64,000 nucleotides of DNA, taken from assembly GCA_949290705.1 (NCBI GenBank), contig CASESI010000014.1, positions 37,802-101,801 of the forward strand, in the 5' to 3' direction. This stretch comes from an uncultured Holosporaceae bacterium. Lineage in GTDB: Bacteria > Pseudomonadota > Alphaproteobacteria > UBA3830 > CASESI01. The notes beneath the pieces were generated by a model. The model had not been told where the DNA came from. It saw only the letters and a program-made list of their open reading frames with translations, and made no database searches. Both the position numbers and the translations under genes were made by a program. This document shows positions 29,501-39,316 of this stretch, in pieces. Every line of letters begins with the position of its first letter. Position 1 is the stretch's first letter.

Positions 29501-29683
29501 ATGAAATTTTCGAATGAATCGATAGAAATGTTGCTAGATTTAGTAGAAATAAAAATTAGTAGTTTGTTTGTATATGATAAAGACGACTCCAAAGAATTAA
29601 AAAAATTGAAAAAATGCAGAAGTGAGTTGTGTAAACAAATACTTGAAAATCAAAAAAAAGACGAAAAAGTAGAAACAAATTAG
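29501..29683 (+). CDS. small hypothetical protein (60 aa)
   Basis: ATG at 29501 is preceded by AAGGA. Charged helical sequence with no recognised family. The track start at 29429 is upstream and less convincing. Confidence 0.3.
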   Translation: MKFSNESIEMLLDLVEIKISSLFVYDKDDSKELKKLKKCRSELCKQILENQKKDEKVETN

Positions 29684-30660
29684 GCACTCACAATATTCGA
29701 AACAGATGCTATATAATTCTGATTTGAGGCGGCTTTATGCTTGAAATCGTTAAAAAATGTGATTTTATTCACATCAACAAGGTATTCAGCATCCTTTATA
29801 TACACGTATTTAACACCACAACTTAATTCAATAGTATCTTCAACGAAGTCATTTATTCTACCAGCATACTTGGATACTTCATATAACGGAATAGTTAATA
29901 TCTTCGTACCTTCAATTAACTTTTTAAACAATTCAGGATCAATATAATTTCTGATAGCATTATACTTAGAAGAAATGTAACTCTTGTCATAAACAAAAAC
30001 CGCTGAAATCTCATTATACTGGTTTATAAAAATAAAACTTCCATTTTCATCCAACGCATAGTACTCTATTACGTTGTTTTCTCGTACCATATCATCAACT
30101 AAATCTCTGACATCATCTTTTACATAAATATTACAATTAAAAGTCTTTCCTAATGTTACATGACGATTTGTAATCCCCTCGAATAGCAACCTTTTACCTT
30201 TTAGAATACTGTTTTCCATAGAAGACGTAAAATCAAAATCACTTTTCCTTATAAAATCATCGATAAGGCCATCCTTCATCATGGATACAGCCAAAGCATT
30301 AGTTGCAATCCCTGTCAACATAACTTTGTGTAAATCAATTGATCTTAATCTTTGAAAAAATTCTACTCCACTTATTATCGGCATTTCATAATCAGAAATT
30401 ACGGTAGTAACAGTAACAAATCGTAAAGGATTATACACCTGACTTAATGTTGAAAAATATACATTATCTTCATCTAGACTTATAAAAAAATCGTTATCAT
30501 CCAAATCACTAACACTCCTTAAATGATTTACAGCTAGCGTAGGATTTTCATAAGGAATATAATAACAATCCCTCATATTGACCAACGCCATCGTAGATTT
30601 CAAAAAATTAACGTTATCATCAACCAACACCAAAGTCGTTGGATGCATAAATGTATACAT
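29680..30660 (-). CDS. response regulator (receiver domain) with uncharacterised C-terminal domain
   Basis: REC hallmarks LVLVDDN (acidic pair), VISDYEMPIISGVEF (phospho-Asp), KVMLTG and DDFIRKS (Lys). A ~190-aa C-terminal part has no recognised motif. Confidence 0.6.
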   Translation of the reverse strand: MYTFMHPTTLVLVDDNVNFLKSTMALVNMRDCYYIPYENPTLAVNHLRSVSDLDDNDFFISLDEDNVYFSTLSQVYNPLRFVTVTTVISDYEMPIISGVEFFQRLRSIDLHKVMLTGIATNALAVSMMKDGLIDDFIRKSDFDFTSSMENSILKGKRLLFEGITNRHVTLGKTFNCNIYVKDDVRDLVDDMVRENNVIEYYALDENGSFIFINQYNEISAVFVYDKSYISSKYNAIRNYIDPELFKKLIEGTKILTIPLYEVSKYAGRINDFVEDTIELSCGVKYVYIKDAEYLVDVNKITFFNDFKHKAASNQNYIASVSNIVSA

Positions 30661-30746
30661 GGTCTCTCAATACGTATTATAAAAAACTCAACCCACTATC
30701 TGCATTTTATTAATAAAAAAGCAAAAATTAAATAAAAACTTAACAA

Positions 30747-32366
<1,620 letters not shown>

Positions 32367-32723
32367 TTAATTACAACCTTTACAAGAACAACAAGAGCCA
32401 GGACATCCAATAATCTCAGAATTACTGTAATCCACGCCAAGAATATCAGACTGTTTCATAAGTAAATATTCTTCTCCATCCAACTTGATTTCTGTACCAC
32501 CCCATTTTGTGAAAATTACCTTATCACCAACATTTACATCATTTGGAACCAATTTTCCGTCATTATCTTTTGCACCATCTCCAACAGAAACCACAATTCC
32601 TGACTGTGGTTTTTCTTTTGCTGTTTCTGGAATTATAATCCCACCATTTGTTACACTGCTATTTTCTATCTTCTTTACCAAAATACCATCACGCAACGGT
32701 TTAAACTTTTCTACCTCGGACAT
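32367..32723 (-). CDS. groS: co-chaperonin GroES with Cys-rich C-terminal extension
   Basis: MSEVEKFKPLRDGILVKK...GGIIIPETAKEKPQSG...GDKVIFTKWGGTEIK is canonical GroES. The true ATG at 32721-32723 was verified. It has an extra ~22-aa tail ending GCPGSCCSCKGCN. Confidence 0.9.
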   Translation of the reverse strand: MSEVEKFKPLRDGILVKKIENSSVTNGGIIIPETAKEKPQSGIVVSVGDGAKDNDGKLVPNDVNVGDKVIFTKWGGTEIKLDGEEYLLMKQSDILGVDYSNSEIIGCPGSCCSCKGCN

Positions 32724-32831
32724 TACAAGACTCCATAAAATTAAACTCATTAAATTATAACATATCAAAAAATGAACGTGAATTCTTTTAATGATAAATA
32801 CACAGTAAATAACTATTGATAATTTTTACAA

Positions 32832-32860
32832 CTTATAACATATTAACGCTATGGGTTCAA
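32832..32860 (-). promoter_or_regulatory. candidate sigma70-type promoter for groES-groEL
   Basis: The minus strand reads TTGAAC-N17-TATAAG about 110 nt upstream of the groES ATG. Such matches are frequent in AT-rich DNA. No CIRCE element was seen. Confidence 0.25.
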
Positions 32861-33066
32861 CTGCAGATAATATGACGTAATTGGGTATAAAATACTTTTT
32901 GTTGCCGAATTGAGTTTTTCTATTCGCTAAAAAATGTAATATGTAACGATTTTAAATGAAAAGTTACGAAAAAATTAATTTTTTTCGAAAGTTTTACTGT
33001 TTTATTTGCATTGTTACTAATTTTATATTATTCTTAACAACGTATTATGAAAGTTGCATAAAAAAT

Positions 33067-33504
33067 ATGGAAAAAGATAATGAATATAGCATAAATGCTT
33101 ATATCGGTCTCAAGTTGAAGAATAGGAGGACCGAATTGGGATTCACACAACAAGAACTTGGTGACACTTTGGGGATTTCATTTCAGCAGATCCAAAAGTA
33201 TGAGAAGGGAGTTAATAAAATTAATGCTTCCAATCTATTCGAATTAGCAAAAGTGTTAAAAGTACCTGTCTCATATTTTTTTGACGGATATGATTCATTC
33301 TCTGGCACCGTTATACTAACTATGAACGAAGTTAACTCGACTTTTGCACACGAGGATGTATTTTCTTCAATCGAAACACTTAATCTACTGAATTATTATT
33401 ACAAACTTAACAACACGAAATTAAGAAAAAAGATACTGGATTTGGTAAGGTTCATAGCTGTCGGTGAACAACAAGATGGCGAATCTGATATCGATACAAA
33501 ATAA
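33067..33504 (+). CDS. XRE-family HTH transcriptional regulator
   Basis: IGLKLKNRRTELGFTQQELGDTLGISFQQIQKYEKGVNKINASNLFELAKVLKVPVSYFF. The ATG at 33067 fits better than the hydrophobic upstream extension in the track ORF. Confidence 0.65.
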   Translation: MEKDNEYSINAYIGLKLKNRRTELGFTQQELGDTLGISFQQIQKYEKGVNKINASNLFELAKVLKVPVSYFFDGYDSFSGTVILTMNEVNSTFAHEDVFSSIETLNLLNYYYKLNNTKLRKKILDLVRFIAVGEQQDGESDIDTK

Positions 33505-33602
33505 CCTACATCCTTCATTTTTTACTTCTATAACACACCTTCACCCATATCTGGCTTACCAGAAAAAAAGTAAAAATTGGAATGAATCAACTGTTCATCG
33601 CA

Positions 33603-34301
33603 CTAATCTCTTCTATCTCCAAATAATCTTAACAAATATAAGAACATATTAATAAAATCCATGTAAAGATTTAATGCTGAAAATATAGCCATCTTCTTGA
33701 TTGTATCCCCAGCAAGCCCAGTTGAATACATGTACTTTGCTTTCTGAGTATCATATGCTGTCAATCCTGTGAACAGCAAAACACCAATTATGGAAATACA
33801 AAAATCCAGCATCGAACTTCGCATAAAAATATTAACTAAAGAAGCTATTATTATTCCAAACACTCCCATAATTAGGAACGATCCAATTCCAGTTAAATCT
33901 TTTTTCGTCGTATACCCGTAAATACTCATCGATAAAAATGTAGCAGCAGTAATAAAAAACACACGAGCAATACTTGTACCTGTGTATACCAGGAATACGA
34001 ACCCCAAACTTACTCCCATCAATGCGGAAAAAACATAAAAGCAAGTTGTCGCCGCCTCAGCTGTCATTTTCCCAATCTTCATTGAAAAAATTAACACAAA
34101 AACAAATGGAGCAAATGAGACAATTAAGTTCATTACAAAATTTCCATAAATAAAATTTGCTAAGGCAATATTATGTGCAACAATAAACGCAACAAAACCC
34201 GTTAAGCACAGACCAGATGCCATCATATTAAAGACCGATGTCATATACGACTGCAACCCTCGATCTACAGACTGCGTCCTCACATTCTCATTAAAATTCA
34301 T
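33603..34301 (-). CDS. BAX inhibitor-1/YccA-family membrane protein
   Basis: N-terminal RGLQSYMTSVFNMMASGL, 7 TM helices, and a charged C-terminal end (RLFGDRRD) typical of the family. Confidence 0.8.
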   Translation of the reverse strand: MNFNENVRTQSVDRGLQSYMTSVFNMMASGLCLTGFVAFIVAHNIALANFIYGNFVMNLIVSFAPFVFVLIFSMKIGKMTAEAATTCFYVFSALMGVSLGFVFLVYTGTSIARVFFITAATFLSMSIYGYTTKKDLTGIGSFLIMGVFGIIIASLVNIFMRSSMLDFCISIIGVLLFTGLTAYDTQKAKYMYSTGLAGDTIKKMAIFSALNLYMDFINMFLYLLRLFGDRRD

Positions 34302-34455
34302 TTCCCATCCTCACCAAACACTCCATGATTCTAACACATTTATAGTAAAAAAACAATTTATCACTTTTTAATATTTTCCATACTCTCTTTATTCATTGCA
34401 AAATCTACTGTATCTTGTTAGTATTACCAGTCTATTGTTTTTACATCGATAAAAA

Positions 34456-36012
34456 ATGAGGCATTTCATCGAACTAATAAAAAATAATAACGTGAGATAT
34501 TTTTTTATTTTTGCAGCATTTCCTATTTTGTGTAATTCATTACTTTCATTGATCGTATTACACTCATTTCAAACGATAATAGAATTCACTTCATCATTAA
34601 TTTTTTTATATATAATCACTAAATTATTTTCTATTACAAAAGGAAGTTATATCTTTTTTCTATTATGGATATTCATAATATATCCAATATGCTTGATCAG
34701 TATTCTATTTACAATCAATTTTTGTGGGGATTTTTCTCAATCCGTAATTAACAGTATTTTAGAAACTAACATCAATGAAGCTTTTGAAGTACTCTCAAGA
34801 GAGTTCTCTATAACAAATTTACTAATAACATTGTGCTTTTTTCTATTTGCTGTTCTATCATACAAAAAATATCTTTTATTCAAACAAACATCTTCATCGA
34901 ATTTATTTCCCAAACAAAAACGACTCAAACAATTTAAATATATTAGCTTCTTAGCATTGTATGTATTTATTCCAAAATCTCTCTCATGTAAACCCCTATA
35001 CTCAATTAAATCATGTTTAACATGGTATAAAGAGCATAAAAATATTCAAAGATACTTCTCTTTTGATGATCTCAAATGTTTTCAAAATTTTTCAGATGTA
35101 ACCTTACTTTCAAAACAGAATTCACAAACTTTTATTTTTGTTATAGGAGAATCTGTAGATAGGAAACATATGGGAATTTATGGATACACGTTTAATAATA
35201 CAACCCCTCGATTTAACAATATGCAACATGAATTATATGTATTTAATAATGTAACATCTTGTGATATATGGACTTCTTCTGTATTAAGTAAAATTTTTGT
35301 TTTTGATAAATTCAAAAACGGTAATATTATTTCCTTGTTTAAACAAGCTGGATTCAAAACGTATTGGATTTCTAATCAGTATTCCACAGGAAAGTACGAC
35401 ACAACGGCTTCTTTTCTATCTAAATTATGCGACTCTTGCATATTCATAACAAACTCTGATGCATTATGGTTTTTAAAAAGTAATTATGATGAGAATTTGT
35501 TACCTCATATAGAAGACGCTCTAAATGATAAAATAGATAAAAAGGTAATATTTGTGCACCTTATAGGATCACATACAAATTATAAAAATAGATACCCAAA
35601 GTCTTTTAAAGTTTTTAAAATGCATGATATAAAATATTCAGAAAAAAAAGCAAAAACAGTTGCAGAATATGATAATTCCATACTATACACGGATTATGTT
35701 TTAACCGAGATCTTAAACTTATTAAAATCACAAAACACTTATTCTGCTATGATTTATATGTCAGATCATGGAGAAGATGTATATGACACAAAAGAAAGTA
35801 TTTGCGGAAGATCGTCTAATAAAACAAACAATATGGACGAAATCCCTTTTGTAATTTGGGTATCTGAACAATATAAAAATGATAATATAAATTTTATAAA
35901 AAATTGGAATTTCGATAAGAAATATAGTTCTGAAAATTTTGCTCACTCAATTTCCGATTTGTTTAGAATTTCACATGAAAAATTTAATGCATCAAAAAGT
36001 ATATTTAGGTAG
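34456..36012 (+). CDS. eptA: phosphoethanolamine transferase (EptA/sulfatase-fold family)
   Basis: N-terminal 5-TM domain plus a periplasmic sulfatase-like domain with VIGESVDRKHMGIYGY, HLIGSHTNY and MSDHGE motifs. Confidence 0.7.
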   Translation: MRHFIELIKNNNVRYFFIFAAFPILCNSLLSLIVLHSFQTIIEFTSSLIFLYIITKLFSITKGSYIFFLLWIFIIYPICLISILFTINFCGDFSQSVINSILETNINEAFEVLSREFSITNLLITLCFFLFAVLSYKKYLLFKQTSSSNLFPKQKRLKQFKYISFLALYVFIPKSLSCKPLYSIKSCLTWYKEHKNIQRYFSFDDLKCFQNFSDVTLLSKQNSQTFIFVIGESVDRKHMGIYGYTFNNTTPRFNNMQHELYVFNNVTSCDIWTSSVLSKIFVFDKFKNGNIISLFKQAGFKTYWISNQYSTGKYDTTASFLSKLCDSCIFITNSDALWFLKSNYDENLLPHIEDALNDKIDKKVIFVHLIGSHTNYKNRYPKSFKVFKMHDIKYSEKKAKTVAEYDNSILYTDYVLTEILNLLKSQNTYSAMIYMSDHGEDVYDTKESICGRSSNKTNNMDEIPFVIWVSEQYKNDNINFIKNWNFDKKYSSENFAHSISDLFRISHEKFNASKSIFR

Positions 36013-36021
36013 AATGTTGAT

Positions 36022-36357
36022 ATGAAAAAGTTGTTCTGTGCTTTTAAGAATTCATTATCTGGAATTAATTTTATTATCAAAGAACGGGCTTTTCTAGAGG
36101 AACTACTGCTTTTTATATTAACTGGAATTTCACTGGTATATATAGACATTTCTCTCATAAAAAAAATGTACATTACTTCTTCGATATTCATCATACTAAT
36201 AACAGAGGCTATAAATTCGTCAATAGAGACAACTATAGATAGAATTTCAAAAGAAAAAAACATTTTATCAAAAAAAGCAAAAGACATCGCTAGTTTCGCT
36301 GTTTTACTGTCATTAATCCACTTCGTGGTGGTGTACATTATCTTCGTCGTATTTTAA
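36022..36357 (+). CDS. dgkA: diacylglycerol kinase
   Basis: 111-aa 3-TM protein with ERAFLEEL and TEAINSSIETTIDRIS (DgkA E..N..IE..VDR motif). Directly follows the eptA-like gene. Confidence 0.75.
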   Translation: MKKLFCAFKNSLSGINFIIKERAFLEELLLFILTGISLVYIDISLIKKMYITSSIFIILITEAINSSIETTIDRISKEKNILSKKAKDIASFAVLLSLIHFVVVYIIFVVF

Positions 36358-36361
36358 TCCT

Positions 36362-36898
36362 TTAATCCTTTTTACGCAAATTTTTAAAAAATCCAGATAT
36401 CAGTGATTCACACATTTTTTCGTGAATTCCTCCTATTACTTCTGGTTTATGATGAATTGACGTACTTTCAAAGACCTTCGGTCCATGAATAACTCCTCCA
36501 CTCTTTACGTCATATGCCCCAAAATACACTCTTCGAATTCGAGCATAAGATATAGCAGCAGCACACATTACGCAAGGTTCTAGTGTTACATACAAATCGT
36601 AGTCATCTAAATATGTAGTATTATTTTCTTTACACGTTTCCCTTATAGCTATTATTTCAGCATGTGCTGTAGGATCGAAGTCCTTATATACAGAATTTGA
36701 AAATGATCTGTATTGAAGTGTTTTATAATTCACAATCGTCGCAACAACTGGGACATCCAGCCCATCACTGCTCTCAAACACGTTATTCGCTATTTCTACC
36801 GAAAGTCTAATAAAATCAGTACCCACAAGGCCACTATACAAAAGAATTGTTAAAACTTTTAACCAGTATTTTTTACAATATCTTACGTTAACGTCCAA
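36362..36898 (-). CDS. tadA: tRNA-specific adenosine deaminase
   Basis: Deaminase zinc motifs HAEIIAI and PCVMCAAAI. The exact start is uncertain because the N-terminal ~30 aa look non-conserved. Confidence 0.8.
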   Translation of the reverse strand: MDVNVRYCKKYWLKVLTILLYSGLVGTDFIRLSVEIANNVFESSDGLDVPVVATIVNYKTLQYRSFSNSVYKDFDPTAHAEIIAIRETCKENNTTYLDDYDLYVTLEPCVMCAAAISYARIRRVYFGAYDVKSGGVIHGPKVFESTSIHHKPEVIGGIHEKMCESLISGFFKNLRKKD

Positions 36899-37820
36899 TC
36901 CTCAAAAATCTCTGTTCTCTATGTGAAATGTAATCAGAAACTTTTGACAACTTTGATAACTCTTCAATAATCGCTGTCTTCAAAAGAGAAGCTGCTTCTT
37001 TATAATTCTTATGCGCCCCACCTTTTGGTTCTTTTATAATTCTATCAATTACACCTAATTTCAAAAGATCAGGAGCAGTAATTCTCAAAGCTTCAGCGGC
37101 ATCTTTAGTAAATGATACATCTTTCCATAATATTGAAGCACACCCTTCCGGAGAAATAACTGAATACACAGAATATTCCAACATCATGACAGTATTTGCA
37201 ACACCTATTGCAATAGCTCCGCCACTTCCACCTTCACCTATGACAACAGAAATTACAGGAACATTGTAATTAAAACCTGTCTCTAAACACTTTGCGATAG
37301 CCTCTGCTTGTCCTCTTTGCTCAGCCTCAATCCCAGGAAAAGCTCCAACAGTATCAATCAATGTAATTATAGGAAGATGTAAACGTGCAGCCATATCCAT
37401 AATTCGCATAGCCTTCCTGTAGCCTTCTGGATTTGGCATACCAAAATTGTGTTTAACTTTTTCCTGTGGTTCTCTTCCTTTCTGATGACCAACTATCGCA
37501 ACACCTTTACCATTTAAAAGTCCAATGCCTGCCACTATCGCTTGATCATCCCCAAACAATCTATCCCCTGCCAAAGGAATAAAATCAGTAATAATCTCAC
37601 CAATATAGTCCATAGATTGTGGTCTTTCTGGATGACGAGCCATTTGTAGCTTATTCCAAGGTGTTAAATGAGAATACACGTCATCAGAAATCCTTGCAAG
37701 CTTTAACTCAAGCTTCCTAATTTCATCTGTTAGCTTTATATCACTAGAATCTAAACTCTTTAAATCTTTAATCTTAGCTTCAAGCTCAAAAATGCTTTCT
37801 TCGAAATCAAGAACTACCAT
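36888..37820 (-). CDS. accA: acetyl-CoA carboxylase carboxyltransferase subunit alpha
   Basis: LDFEESIFELEAKIKDL N-terminus plus GEGGSGGAIAIGVAN and RHPERPQ motifs. Confidence 0.9.
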   Translation of the reverse strand: MVVLDFEESIFELEAKIKDLKSLDSSDIKLTDEIRKLELKLARISDDVYSHLTPWNKLQMARHPERPQSMDYIGEIITDFIPLAGDRLFGDDQAIVAGIGLLNGKGVAIVGHQKGREPQEKVKHNFGMPNPEGYRKAMRIMDMAARLHLPIITLIDTVGAFPGIEAEQRGQAEAIAKCLETGFNYNVPVISVVIGEGGSGGAIAIGVANTVMMLEYSVYSVISPEGCASILWKDVSFTKDAAEALRITAPDLLKLGVIDRIIKEPKGGAHKNYKEAASLLKTAIIEELSKLSKVSDYISHREQRFLRIGR

Positions 37821-37854
37821 AATTTGGTATTATACCATCATATCTGTTAAATAC

Positions 37855-38718
37855 CTAAATTTTTTGTTCAATAACCCAAACATTATTTTCTTTTTCAAAG
37901 AAGTTTATTCCTTCTTTATCAAACATAGATTTAAATTTGTCTAAATCATCTTCTTTGACATGCAAAAGCAACTTAATCCTATTGTCATCAAAATTAATAA
38001 TTTTATAGTTATCTAAAACCCTATTTGCTTTATCTTTATAAAAATACATCCATTCCGCAAATGAAGATCGAAAATAACAAACAACTTTAACATCAAATTC
38101 GCTACATTTGTTATCACGTACAAATTCTTCATCCTGAGTATCATGCTTGATATTATTTTTTAACTCAACAATAACATCTCCATCTACTCTAGCTTCATCA
38201 AAAATGTTATTTGCATCAGATCGCTCTTCTTTTGCATATATGTCGTTTGTCTCCAGTCTTCGCGATGTTCTTGAATCCGTTTTTTTCATAATTTTACTCA
38301 CAATAGAAAATGCCCATGCATTAAACTTATCATCCAAAATTTTGAAATTAAATTTCGCTTGATAATCATCAAATGAGATCTTTTCTTCAGAAATTGAAAA
38401 TGATTCTATAAAACCTGAAAATAATTCCAAAATTTTTTCTTCAGTTAATTCCTGATTCAAAGCATTGCCAACATCATTTGTATTAAGCCCTTTCTCACTT
38501 AATAAATCTTCTGCAATTTTGATATACGCATCCCTAATTGCTTTTCTCTTTGCAGACACAGCATTCTCAGAATTAGTCGCCCTTATGACAACTGACCTGT
38601 CGACCAAAACCCCATCTCCAAAGCAATAAAAAACAATTAACGCTAGAACAACAAAACAATATCTCATAATTCCAGTATAAAAATACCACAAAGATAATAA
38701 AGAAAGAATGAATATCAA
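37855..38718 (-). CDS. hypothetical membrane-anchored protein
   Basis: Hydrophobic N-terminus (CFVVLALIVFYCF) followed by a charged soluble domain. No family recognised. Confidence 0.45.
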   Translation of the reverse strand: MIFILSLLSLWYFYTGIMRYCFVVLALIVFYCFGDGVLVDRSVVIRATNSENAVSAKRKAIRDAYIKIAEDLLSEKGLNTNDVGNALNQELTEEKILELFSGFIESFSISEEKISFDDYQAKFNFKILDDKFNAWAFSIVSKIMKKTDSRTSRRLETNDIYAKEERSDANNIFDEARVDGDVIVELKNNIKHDTQDEEFVRDNKCSEFDVKVVCYFRSSFAEWMYFYKDKANRVLDNYKIINFDDNRIKLLLHVKEDDLDKFKSMFDKEGINFFEKENNVWVIEQKI

Positions 38719-38725
38719 AAATTAT

Positions 38726-39139
38726 TTATAAAAGTTCTAATCCTGAAAAGAAAAATGCAATTTCATTTGCTGCATTTTCATCAGAATCTGATCCGTGGAC
38801 GGCGTTATCATCAATAGAAACTCCGTACAGCTTTCTAATTGTTCCATCTGCAGCCTTCAAAGGATCTGTAGCTCCCATTATTTCTCTATACTTTAATACA
38901 GCATCACTTCCACCCTCAAGAACCTGCACAACAATTTTCCCTGAACTCATGTAAGAACATAAATCCCCATAAAAGGGCATATTTTTATGAATCTCATAAA
39001 ACTTCTCAGCAGCCGTTTTTGTGATTGCAATCATCTTTTGGGCAATAATCTTGAACCCGGCAGATTCAATCATTGCATTAATCTTACCGATATTATTCCT
39101 AGCAACAGCGCCAGGCTTTATAATAGACAAAGTTAACAT
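38726..39139 (-). CDS. ndk: nucleoside-diphosphate kinase
   Basis: [12 protein letters not shown]...NAVHGSDS (active-site His). ATG at 39137-39139 verified. 137 aa. Confidence 0.9.
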   Translation of the reverse strand: MLTLSIIKPGAVARNNIGKINAMIESAGFKIIAQKMIAITKTAAEKFYEIHKNMPFYGDLCSYMSSGKIVVQVLEGGSDAVLKYREIMGATDPLKAADGTIRKLYGVSIDDNAVHGSDSDENAANEIAFFFSGLELL

Positions 39140-39316
39140 AATTCTCTCTGATAATACTACTTTAGTGTACACCAAAAACCTATGATTTTCCACTATATTT
39201 CTTATTGACTCATGTCACAAAATTTACCAAAAAGTCATCAGTAGCAATTTATATTGAATATTTTGCACTAAATTAACTTTTTTTTAATATTTTAATGCTA
39301 GAATTTTTACTATATC

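Noticed and set aside
32724-32768. 15-codon N-terminal extension of groES in the ORF track (MICYNLMSLILWSLV).
   Set aside because: The canonical GroES N-terminus MSEVEKFKPL starts at the internal ATG (32721-32723). The extension is hydrophobic and non-homologous.
32769-32955. Searched the groES upstream region for a CIRCE element (TTAGCACTC-N9-GAGTGCTAA) or a sigma32 promoter.
   Set aside because: No CIRCE-like inverted repeat and no convincing CTTGAA...CCCCAT pair were seen. Only a generic sigma70-like match was found, listed with low confidence.
33464-33652. 62-aa plus-strand ORF bridging the XRE gene end and the BI-1 gene end. Also 33832..34044 on the minus strand, in another frame.
   Set aside because: It overlaps better-supported genes, and there is no motif or ribosome-binding site.
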